A stretch of 64,000 nt of DNA from an uncultured Nitrospiraceae bacterium (GTDB lineage Bacteria; Nitrospirota; Thermodesulfovibrionia; Thermodesulfovibrionales; Thermodesulfovibrionaceae): the NCBI GenBank assembly GCA_937139565.1, contig CAKZQH010000106.1:9289-73288 (forward strand), in the 5' to 3' direction. Shown here in pieces: positions 50,655 through 59,042 of this stretch (position 1 is the first letter of the stretch; the number at the start of each line of letters is the position of its first letter). Position numbers and translations under genes: made by a program. The notes under the pieces were generated by a model, which ran no database searches, was not told the origin of the DNA, and was given only the letters and a program-made list of their open reading frames with translations.

Positions 50655-50845
50655 CAACGGAGATAGTATTCATCTTTTGATTCAAGTTTTACAGGTAAAG
50701 ATTTCTGATATTAGTAAACGAAGCAAGAGAGTTAGCTTTAAGAAGCGTAAAAGTCATTAGACTACATTAGGTGGGACAGGAAAATAAGAGTCTTTGAAAT
50801 ATTCAGTTTTTTAAATAAAATATGCCCTAAATTGATGAAGTCGGG

Positions 50846-51287
50846 ATACACGAAAACCAAGTGATAAGTCTGGAAGACCTTAATGTGAAGGGAATGGTGA
50901 AAAATGGAAGACTGTCCAAACACATCTCTGACAGTAGGTGGTACGAATTTAGACGTCAACTTGAATATAAAGCGCTGTGGTATGATAGAGAAATTAGATA
51001 CACGCCAAGATTTTCAGCATCCAGTAAGACCTGTAACATCTGTGGGTTTTTTAATCCAGAACTTACATTATCCCAGCGAAAGTGGAAATGCTCTAACTGT
51101 GGAACCATCCATGATAGAGACATAAATGCAGCGATTAATATACGAGGGTGGGACACACCCGAAATAACGCCTGTGGAGACACCACTGGCGGTGGAACAGG
51201 TGCCCAAGCTCCTGGTGTACGAGTCATGTGTCGGTGAAGCAGGAAACTCACGGGATGCAAGGGATTTCAATCCCGTGAGTATATCAC
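50846..51287 (+). mobile_element. 5'-truncated IS605 remnant: tnpB 3' end plus right end
   Basis: About 93% identical by my count to 44206-44500; SLEDL, CNIC/CSNC, DRDINAAINI; hairpin CTCACGGGAT...ATCCCGTGAG followed by TATATCAC. Confidence 0.88.
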
Positions 51288-51303
51288 ATTTAAATGGCAG
51301 ATA
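51146..51303 (+). ncRNA. putative TnpB omegaRNA (scaffold plus flanking guide)
   Basis: GGGACACACCCGAA..AACGCCTGTGGAG...GAAGCAGG...right-end hairpin-TCAC, the layout known for IS605 omegaRNAs; boundaries approximate. Confidence 0.5.
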
Positions 51304-53380
51304 GATACTTTCTCTCTGCAAATTCTTCCTTTTTGCCGAGGTTCCAGTTTCCAACTGGTCTTAGATAGCCAACTACTCGGGAGTAGACTTCGCAGTTTTT
51401 TCCACATTTTGAACAATTGTATACTTCTCCCTCCAAGTATCCACAATTAGGACAAATGCTAAAGGTGGGAGTTATGCTTATATAGGGAAGCCTGTAGTTT
51501 TCAAACACCTTTTTAATGAAGCCGGCAAGTTTTTCTTTTTCCGGAGAATGTCCAAGAAAAATATGAAGAACCGTTCCACCTGTGTATTTACATTGAAGTT
51601 CATCCTGGTTGTCAAGTATGTAATTTATTGATTCAGTAAAACCTACAGGAAGCCAAGTAGAGTTTGTATAATAAGGGTGTTCATAACCTTGCGTGTATAT
51701 ATCTGGATATTTTTCTTTATCTATTTTTGCAAGTCGGTAGCTGGTGCCTTCTGCGGGAGTTGCTTCAAGGTTGTACAGATTACCTGTTTCTGTCTGAAAC
51801 TCTTTAAGTTTTTCTCTGATGAAATCGAGCACTTTAAGGGCAAAGTTTTTTCCCTCTTCAGTCCATATTCCGCAGTGCCCTTTGCCCTTATTCTTTTTAT
51901 GCATGTTGACGATTGCTTCATTCATTCCTATAATGCCGATTGTTGAGAAGTGATTTGCCCAGTATTGTCCTGTTTTCTCTTTTACCTGTGCCAGGTAGTA
52001 TTTTGAGTATGGATAGAGTCCCGCTTCTGTTAAGCGTTCGAGTGCTTTGCGTTTTATCTCTAAGGAGGTTTTTGCAATTTCCATTAATCTTGAGAGTCTA
52101 TCTAAAAATTCTTCTTCGCTTTTACTTAAATAGCCAATTCTTGGAAGATTAATTGTTACCACTCCGATAGAACCAGTAAGAGGATTTGAACCAAATAGTC
52201 CTCCACCTCGACTCTTTAGCTCACGGCTATCAAGACGGAGTCTGCAACACATGGAACGGGTATCCTCTGGTCGCATGTCAGAATTTATAAAATTTGCAAA
52301 GTAGGGAATACCGTATTTTGCCGTTGCTTCCATTAAAATATCTACAACAGGGCTTTCCCAGGGAAAATCAGTTGTTATATTTATTGTTGGAATTGGAAAT
52401 GTGAAGACTCGACCTTTAGCATCACCCTGCGTATAGACTTCAAAAAGGGCTTTGTTAAACATATCAATTTCCTTTTGAAATTCCGAATAGGTTGTATCCT
52501 GTGGCTTGCCGCCTATAATTACTGCCTGATTTTTAAGATACTCTGGCACTTTAAGGTCAAGAGTTATGTTTGTGAAAGGAGTCTGAAATCCTACCCGAGT
52601 TGGCACATTTAGGTTAAAAATAAACTCCTGAAGAGCCTGTTTTACCTGTGTGAAGCTTAATCTATCATAGGCAATAAATGGTGCAAGCAAAGTGTCCACA
52701 TTGGAAACAGCTTGAGCACCTGCTGTTTCACCCTGCAGCGTGTAGAGAAAGTTTATTAGTTGTCCAAGAGCAGATCTAAAATGCTTAGGAGGCTTGCTCC
52801 ATACCTTACCTTCTACACCTCCAAAGCCCTTAATGAGAAGATCCATTAAATCCCAGCCCACGCAGTAAGATGCAAGAACATTTAGATCGTGAATATGTAG
52901 GTCTCCGCTAATGTGAGCATCTCTTACCTCTGGTGGATATATTTTCTGAAGCCAATAGGATTTGCTTATCTCAGAAGAGATGTAATTATTTAGCCCCTGC
53001 AACGAATAGCTCATGTTGCTATTTTCCTGCACTCTCCAGTCAACTTTTGAAAGATAACTGTCCACAAGGTCAAGTCCGCTCTTTCTTGCGATTTCTCGCA
53101 TTTTAGTATGCTGGTCTCGATAGATAATATAAGCTTTGGCAGTTCTACGATAGGGACTGTCAAGGAGCACTTCCTCGACAATGTCTTGAATTTCCTCTAC
53201 ATGCGGGTCTCTATCACGGATGAGTTCCTCGGCAAGAAGTAAAACCTTAATTGTGAGTCTTTTTGCAGTAGCATAGTCAAACTCTTCTGTTGCCTTGCCA
53301 GCTTTTGATATGGCAATTGTTATTTTTTCCGGATCAAAAGGAACAATGCGTCCATCTCTTTTTATGATATTTTTAAACAT
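51290..53380 (-). CDS. nrdD: anaerobic (class III) ribonucleoside-triphosphate reductase with ATP-cone
   Basis: IIKRDGRIVPFDPEKI ATP-cone, GDLHIHDL, RSMCCRL, EATPAEG, CPNC/CSKC, YSRVVGYLRPV glycyl-radical motif. Confidence 0.96.
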   Translation of the reverse strand: MFKNIIKRDGRIVPFDPEKITIAISKAGKATEEFDYATAKRLTIKVLLLAEELIRDRDPHVEEIQDIVEEVLLDSPYRRTAKAYIIYRDQHTKMREIARKSGLDLVDSYLSKVDWRVQENSNMSYSLQGLNNYISSEISKSYWLQKIYPPEVRDAHISGDLHIHDLNVLASYCVGWDLMDLLIKGFGGVEGKVWSKPPKHFRSALGQLINFLYTLQGETAGAQAVSNVDTLLAPFIAYDRLSFTQVKQALQEFIFNLNVPTRVGFQTPFTNITLDLKVPEYLKNQAVIIGGKPQDTTYSEFQKEIDMFNKALFEVYTQGDAKGRVFTFPIPTINITTDFPWESPVVDILMEATAKYGIPYFANFINSDMRPEDTRSMCCRLRLDSRELKSRGGGLFGSNPLTGSIGVVTINLPRIGYLSKSEEEFLDRLSRLMEIAKTSLEIKRKALERLTEAGLYPYSKYYLAQVKEKTGQYWANHFSTIGIIGMNEAIVNMHKKNKGKGHCGIWTEEGKNFALKVLDFIREKLKEFQTETGNLYNLEATPAEGTSYRLAKIDKEKYPDIYTQGYEHPYYTNSTWLPVGFTESINYILDNQDELQCKYTGGTVLHIFLGHSPEKEKLAGFIKKVFENYRLPYISITPTFSICPNCGYLEGEVYNCSKCGKNCEVYSRVVGYLRPVGNWNLGKKEEFAERKYLSAI

Positions 53381-53396
53381 GCAGACCTCCTAAGGA

Positions 53397-55637
53397 TTAA
53401 TTTTTAAATTTTTCTCTCATTCTAATTGCAGCAATTACCATGTTTCTCAGAGCACCCTCTATCTCATAGTAAGTTCTTGTTTTAAGCCCGCAGTCAGGAT
53501 TTATCCAGATAAGTTTTTTATCTAGAAGTTTAATTGCCCTATCTATCATTTCAGTCATCTCCTCCACTGAAGGTATTCTTGGAGAATGAATATCGTAAAC
53601 TCCTATTCCAATGCCTAAGTCATATTTGAAGTTTTCAAAGGCTTCAAGAATTTCTGCCTTGCTTCTTGAGGCTTCAATAGAAATAACATCAGCATCAAGG
53701 GCATAGATTTCCGAAATTATCTCATTAAAATCAGAATAACACATGTGAGTGTGTATTTGGGTAGTTGGACTAACCTGAGAGGTTGTTAAATGGAAACTAC
53801 CGATTGCCCACTGGAAATAATCTTTATGTTTATGACTTTTTAAGGGTAGCCCCTCTCTAAAAGCAGGTTCATCGATTTGAATAATTTTTATTCCTTCTTT
53901 TTCAAGATCAAGCACCTCTTCTCTAAGAGCTAAGGCTATCTGATATACCATCTCCTTCCTGGAGATATCCCTTCTTGGAAAGGACCACTGAAGTATTGTT
54001 ACTGCTCCTGTAAGAATTCCTTTTAATGGTTTTCTTGTAAGTGAGGCGGCATAGAGGGTTTCTTTTAATGTAATAGGAGCCTTTCTCTTAATGTTGTCGT
54101 AAATTATTGGCGGTCTCACGCATCTTGAACCATAGGACTGAACCCATCCATTTTTGGTGCATATAAAACCATCTAACTGCTCTGCAAAAAACTCAACCAT
54201 GTCTGTGCGTTCAAATTCGCCATGCACTAGCACATCTAAACCAAGATTTTCCTGAAGTTTAACAGCTTTTTCTATTTCCTTTCTTATGTACTGTTCGTAT
54301 TCAGAAGAATTTATTTGTCCCTTTTTATATTTGTTTCTTATTTTTCTTAACTCGGGAGTTTGGGGAAAGCTACCAATGGTGGTTGTCGGAAATAGTGGTA
54401 GATTAAGATTTTTCTGCTGTAATTCATATCGCACAGAAAATTCAGGTGTTCTTCTCCTGATTGAGTTTTCAATTTCATCAAGAGATTTATCAGGAAGAGG
54501 AAAAACTGCGGTAGCTTTTTGCTGAAAGGATATTTTACCAGTTATTAAAGCCTCTTTAAGAAGTGTTAATTCCTTTATTTTTTCATCTGCAAATGAGAGT
54601 GAATTTAAAATATCTTCTGGTAAAAAGCCTTCCTCAGATTTTACTGTAATTGGCAGATGATAAAGAGGCGAGGCATTGGATAGAATGAGTCTGTTACCAA
54701 CAATGTTAGTAAGAGACTCCAAATTTTTTAGTGTATCTGTAAAATTTATCTTCCAAGGATCTCTACCTGAGACCACTCCAGCAATGAGGATTTTATTATT
54801 TGGAAATCCAAACTCTTTAATATTTTCGAAGTTTTCATCACCTTCAACAAAATCAAGCCCTATTCCGTCGACAGAGAGACTGTGGATAATCTGCTCAAAC
54901 TTTGATAATGATTCATAGTAGGTTTGGACAAAAATTAAGAGATTAGGCTTATTTTTGTAAATTTTTTTATATCCTTCTATGAGCAACTCGGCCTCCCAAT
55001 TTTCAAGATCCATAACAAGCCATGGTTCATCAAGTTGAATAACCCATGCTTCAGCATTTGAGAGTTCTTTGATAATTTGCAAATAGACATTGATGAGACT
55101 TTCGAAAAGATTTTCAAAATGTTCTTTTCGAACTTTACTTATTTTTAAATACGTAAAAGGACCAACTATCACTGGCTTTGTCTTTATTTTGAGTTTGTCT
55201 TTAAGAAGGGCAAATTCCCTGAGTGGTTTGTTTTCATTAAGAGAAAATTCCGTATCCTTTTCTATTTCAGGCACTATGTAGTGATAGTTCGTGTTAAACC
55301 ACTTGGTCATTTCACTTGGCGAAGCATTATCTGTACCTCTTGCCATGGCAAAAAGCGTATCTATAGTTGATTCGATTTTTCTAAATCTCTTAGGTATGGC
55401 ATTTACCATGAGAGAAACATCTAGCACGAAATCATAGAAAGAAAATTCATTACATGGCACAATGTCAATTTCGTTTTCAATAGCCTTTTTTGCCATTTCA
55501 ACAATTAGTCGATCGCCTTCATCAAGAAGTTCTTTTTTTGAAGATTTGCAGCTCCAGTAGGACTCTAATGCTTTTTTTAGCTCTCTGTTAGGCCCTATTC
55601 GCGGATAGCCAAAAATGGTGGTTTTAATGTTTGACAT
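53397..55637 (-). CDS. metE: cobalamin-independent methionine synthase
   Basis: GYPRIGPNRELK, EMTKWFNTNYHY, TTIGSFPQT, HGEFERTDMVE, HTHMCYS, NPDCGLKTR; ATG 55637 after GGGAGG. Confidence 0.97.
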   Translation of the reverse strand: MSNIKTTIFGYPRIGPNRELKKALESYWSCKSSKKELLDEGDRLIVEMAKKAIENEIDIVPCNEFSFYDFVLDVSLMVNAIPKRFRKIESTIDTLFAMARGTDNASPSEMTKWFNTNYHYIVPEIEKDTEFSLNENKPLREFALLKDKLKIKTKPVIVGPFTYLKISKVRKEHFENLFESLINVYLQIIKELSNAEAWVIQLDEPWLVMDLENWEAELLIEGYKKIYKNKPNLLIFVQTYYESLSKFEQIIHSLSVDGIGLDFVEGDENFENIKEFGFPNNKILIAGVVSGRDPWKINFTDTLKNLESLTNIVGNRLILSNASPLYHLPITVKSEEGFLPEDILNSLSFADEKIKELTLLKEALITGKISFQQKATAVFPLPDKSLDEIENSIRRRTPEFSVRYELQQKNLNLPLFPTTTIGSFPQTPELRKIRNKYKKGQINSSEYEQYIRKEIEKAVKLQENLGLDVLVHGEFERTDMVEFFAEQLDGFICTKNGWVQSYGSRCVRPPIIYDNIKRKAPITLKETLYAASLTRKPLKGILTGAVTILQWSFPRRDISRKEMVYQIALALREEVLDLEKEGIKIIQIDEPAFREGLPLKSHKHKDYFQWAIGSFHLTTSQVSPTTQIHTHMCYSDFNEIISEIYALDADVISIEASRSKAEILEAFENFKYDLGIGIGVYDIHSPRIPSVEEMTEMIDRAIKLLDKKLIWINPDCGLKTRTYYEIEGALRNMVIAAIRMREKFKN

Positions 55638-55679
55638 GAGTATCCTCCCTCGAGGTCTTATGAAGTCCAAAGGACTTCA

Positions 55680-55826
55680 CCTTAGATAGGTCTTCCGACT
55701 TAGGGCTAATGTGCCTACTTGCCCGCCTTCCCAGAGCATTCGCTCCAGTGGCTAAATTGGGCTTTCGTTCCCTACACGGCTGCGGGGCAGCGGAGGATTC
55801 TCACCTCACTTCCCTTACATCTAAGG
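55680..55826 (-). ncRNA. cobalamin riboswitch
   Basis: Minus strand AAGGGAA..GGTGAGAATCC..GCTGCCCCGCAGCCGTG, GCCACTGG...GGGAAGGC, B12 box AAGTCGGAAGACCT; outer stem CCTTAGAT/ATCTAAGG; upstream of metE. Confidence 0.93.
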
Positions 55827-55880
55827 AATTTAAACTTAAATGAATTATTCAACTCCTGTCAAGATATGATAGAATTAACC

Positions 55881-56318
55881 ATGTTTTATCGACTGATTGC
55901 TACATTTTTTTATATAGGATATTGTCCTTTAGCTCCAGGTACTGGTGCCTCAATATGTGTAATGGTAATTATCTGGATTCTAAATCCATCTAATCTGTCT
56001 GTCATAATTCTTTTTTTAACCACTTTCATCCTTGGCGTTATTTCATCCGAAAGGATAGAAAAGAAAGAAGGCAAGAGTGATCCGAATTTTGTGGTGATAG
56101 ATGAGGTTACTGGATATCTTGCAGCATTGATTTTTATCCCTATTGAGCCTATAAATCTTTTTCTTGCCCTTATACTATTTCGCTTTTTTGATATAGTAAA
56201 ACCGCCTCCCATAAGGCAGATTGAAGGGAAACTTAAGGGAGGCATTGGAATTATGATAGATGATATCATTGCCGGAGTATTTGCCAATCTTCTAATTAGA
56301 GTTTTTTTGATGTTATGA
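55881..56318 (+). CDS. pgpA: phosphatidylglycerophosphatase A
   Basis: PLAPGTGAS, DPNFVVIDEVTG, LFRFFDIVKP, GIMIDDIIAG; start at 55881 or 55866. Confidence 0.92.
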   Translation: MFYRLIATFFYIGYCPLAPGTGASICVMVIIWILNPSNLSVIILFLTTFILGVISSERIEKKEGKSDPNFVVIDEVTGYLAALIFIPIEPINLFLALILFRFFDIVKPPPIRQIEGKLKGGIGIMIDDIIAGVFANLLIRVFLML

Positions 56319-56324
56319 TATTCT

Positions 56325-56897
56325 ATGCGCATTTTTATAGCTGTAGAGTTACCTGAAGAGATTAGAAAGACTCTTTTCTCTTTAGTTCCAACTAAGTTTC
56401 CCTTTGATGGAGTAAATGTGGTTGCCCAGGAAAATCTTCATATAACTTTGAAATTTTTAGGTGAAGTCGAATCTTCATTAATAGAAAAGATAAAGGAAGC
56501 ATTAAGTTTAATCGCTAAGAAGCATTCATCCTTTACGCTTAATATAAGTTATCCAGGAGTTTTTCCTGATACTTCGAGACCAAGAGTTATATGGATTGGA
56601 ACAGAAAACTCAAAGGAGATTAAAGCTCTTGCTCGAGATATTGAAAAAGAGATGGAAGCTATGGGTTTTCCCTCTGAAAAGAGAGATTTTAAGTCCCATA
56701 TTACTCTTGCAAGAGTAAAAAATTTTCAAAATGGAAGATTACTTTTTGAGCGGATAAATAAAAATTTTAGAGAAAAGCACCTATCCTCCAAAAATATAAA
56801 CCTTCAATTCAGCGTTAAAGATTTTGTTTTAATGAAAAGCACTCTTACTCCACGAGGCTCTATTTATGAAGTTTTGGAAAAATTTCCTCTTTGTTAA
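56325..56897 (+). CDS. thpR: RNA 2',3'-cyclic phosphodiesterase (2H family)
   Basis: MRIFIAV, NLHITLKFLG, PRVIWIG, FKSHITLAR. Confidence 0.93.
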   Translation: MRIFIAVELPEEIRKTLFSLVPTKFPFDGVNVVAQENLHITLKFLGEVESSLIEKIKEALSLIAKKHSSFTLNISYPGVFPDTSRPRVIWIGTENSKEIKALARDIEKEMEAMGFPSEKRDFKSHITLARVKNFQNGRLLFERINKNFREKHLSSKNINLQFSVKDFVLMKSTLTPRGSIYEVLEKFPLC

Positions 56898-57649
56898 TTT
56901 TTTAATCTATTTAATATATCCATCAAAACTTCACCAGCTGACTGATGAAAGATTATTTCAGCCATATAATCCCAGTCTGTTTCAGATTTGTTTACAAAAA
57001 TAAGCTTCCCTCCATTTTTAAAGGTAATTCTGGGAATTGAAGCAGCTGGTTCTACCTGAAGAGAACTTCCTATGACAAGCATTAAATCGCATTGAGAAGC
57101 TAAACTACTTGCCAGAAAAAGTTCTTTTTGAGGCATTGGTTCTCCGAAGAATACAACCTTTGGCTTAATAATACCTCCGCACTCATAGCAAAGTATGTCC
57201 TTTTCTCCTTCATTTAATCTTGCATAGATATTAGATATTGGAAAGGTTTTATCGCAGCCAAGACAAATAGCCTCATGATTGCTTCCGTGGAGTAAAATTA
57301 TATTTTTACTCCCGGCCTGTTCGTGAAGACCGTCTATGTTTTGGGTAATTACATATCTTATTAACCCCATTTGTTCAAGCTCTGCAAGGGCATTGTGGGC
57401 TTTATTAGGCTTTGCACCAAGGAGTTCTCTGAGAAGCTCTTGTTTCATCCTCCAGAATTCTTCTCTTGCATCTTTTTTAGTAAGAAATTCTTGATAGGTT
57501 ACAATTTTAAATCTTTTCCAGATTCCGTCGGAACTTCTAAAGTCAGGAATGCCTGATTCTGTTGAAATTCCTGCTCCTGTAAAGGCTATTGCAAATCGAG
57601 AATTTTTAATAAGTTCTGCAGATTTTTTTATTTTTTCTTGATAGTTCAT
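56894..57649 (-). CDS. cobB: NAD-dependent deacylase, sirtuin family
   Basis: TGAGISTESGIPDFR, ITQNIDGLH, LHG, CLGC/CYEC, KPKVVFFGE, GSSL. Confidence 0.93.
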   Translation of the reverse strand: MNYQEKIKKSAELIKNSRFAIAFTGAGISTESGIPDFRSSDGIWKRFKIVTYQEFLTKKDAREEFWRMKQELLRELLGAKPNKAHNALAELEQMGLIRYVITQNIDGLHEQAGSKNIILLHGSNHEAICLGCDKTFPISNIYARLNEGEKDILCYECGGIIKPKVVFFGEPMPQKELFLASSLASQCDLMLVIGSSLQVEPAASIPRITFKNGGKLIFVNKSETDWDYMAEIIFHQSAGEVLMDILNRLKN

Positions 57650-57674
57650 GATACTTATTAGTTATATTAAAAAT

Positions 57675-58439
57675 ATGGCAACTAAATCAAGTTTAAAAGG
57701 ACTTCTTACAGCAGAAAGTTTTCTATATCTTCTTGGTTTACTTCTTACTACCTCTGAATTGTTAGCAAAAATTTTTGGGAACAGCCTTTGTACAAGCGAG
57801 GGATGTAGAATTGTTGAAACCTTTGTAAGAGGCGGTGAGATAATTCTTGTTGTTGGAGGAGTCCTGCTATTTGGTGTTCTTTTATTCCTCTCAATAAGCG
57901 GTAGATTTTCTCTTATTCATTCGACAATTTTGATTGCAGCACTTGCTGTGGAGGGGTATCTTTTAGGATTTCAAAGTTTTATTATCAGAGAATTTTGTGT
58001 TTTTTGTCTTGCCGTGTTCAGCATTATTTTTATAGCCACTTTTTTAAGGTTTTTAAAAGGAAAGAGAGAGCTCTCTTTTGCTTTTTTAAGCCTTATCTCG
58101 GTTTTTTTTATAACCTATTTAGTTAATCCAGGTTTTAGTGCTTTTCCAGAAAGTCGGTATGTTCTTCTTTATTCAAAAGACTGTCCTCACTGTAAGGAGG
58201 TTATACAGTATTGTAAGGAGCTTTCCATACCAGTGGAGACAATAGAGGCGAAAAATGTTGCTGGCACTCTCCGAGCAATGGGAATTAACTCTGTTCCGGT
58301 TTTACTCTGTAATGAGGACACAGAAAAGAAGTTTATTCTTGGTGTTGACTCTATAAAGGAATATCTTTTTGCAAAGGCAGGCTCTGTCAAGGAAACGAAA
58401 GGAGTTTGCCCTATTTTTACACCCTCAGAGTGTAAGTGA
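57675..58439 (+). CDS. VKOR-like membrane domain fused to a glutaredoxin/thioredoxin-like domain
   Basis: CTSEGC loop, FCVFC in a TM, soluble DCPHC domain, extra C-terminal Cys pair. Confidence 0.7.
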   Translation: MATKSSLKGLLTAESFLYLLGLLLTTSELLAKIFGNSLCTSEGCRIVETFVRGGEIILVVGGVLLFGVLLFLSISGRFSLIHSTILIAALAVEGYLLGFQSFIIREFCVFCLAVFSIIFIATFLRFLKGKRELSFAFLSLISVFFITYLVNPGFSAFPESRYVLLYSKDCPHCKEVIQYCKELSIPVETIEAKNVAGTLRAMGINSVPVLLCNEDTEKKFILGVDSIKEYLFAKAGSVKETKGVCPIFTPSECK

Positions 58440-58484
58440 CATCATTGTTTTTGATAGTTTTTGAAAAAATGTTATATTAATCAC

Positions 58485-59012
58485 ATGAAATGGCTATTAA
58501 TATCCTACAGTCTTCCTGCAAATCCATCTAAGGCAAGGGTTTATGTCTGGAGGGAACTAAAAAAATTAGGAGCAATAAATCATCAAACCCTCTGGTTACT
58601 TCCCTATAGCAAGGAATATCTCAATAAACTGCAAAACCTTGTAAAAACCATCCAGGACTTTGGAGGAGAGGCAGTCATAGTTGAAGGTAGGGTATTAGAC
58701 AAAGCAGATGAAGAAAAAATTTATAGAGCCTTCATAGTAGCCAGAGACAAGGAATATGAAGAACTAATTTCAAAATGTGAGGATTTCTTTAAAGAAATAT
58801 CCACCGAGATTGAAAAGCAGAATTTTATCTTTGCAGAAGTTGAGGAAAACGAAGAAGAGCTCCAAAAACTAAAACAGTGGTTTAAAAAAATAGAAAAGAG
58901 AGATTTTGTAAAAGCTCCACTTCGAAAGGTTGCTCTTGAAAAAATAAAAAAATGTAATCGCCTAATGGAAGAGTTTTCAAGAAGAGTTTATAGGGAAAAT
59001 AGGAATAATTAA
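58485..59012 (+). CDS. ChrB N-terminal-like (chromate resistance regulator family) protein
   Basis: WLLISYSLPANPSKARVYVWRELKKLGA, RDKEYEEL, EVEENEEELQKL..WF.KI.KRDF. Confidence 0.75.
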   Translation: MKWLLISYSLPANPSKARVYVWRELKKLGAINHQTLWLLPYSKEYLNKLQNLVKTIQDFGGEAVIVEGRVLDKADEEKIYRAFIVARDKEYEELISKCEDFFKEISTEIEKQNFIFAEVEENEEELQKLKQWFKKIEKRDFVKAPLRKVALEKIKKCNRLMEEFSRRVYRENRNN

Positions 59013-59042
59013 AGGGCTATAATTAAATGTATTTCAGGAGGA

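Noticed and set aside
55719-55865. 54-aa N-terminal extension of PgpA in the ORF track
   Set aside because: It is the antisense reading of the cobalamin riboswitch; PgpA similarity starts at about 55866-55881.
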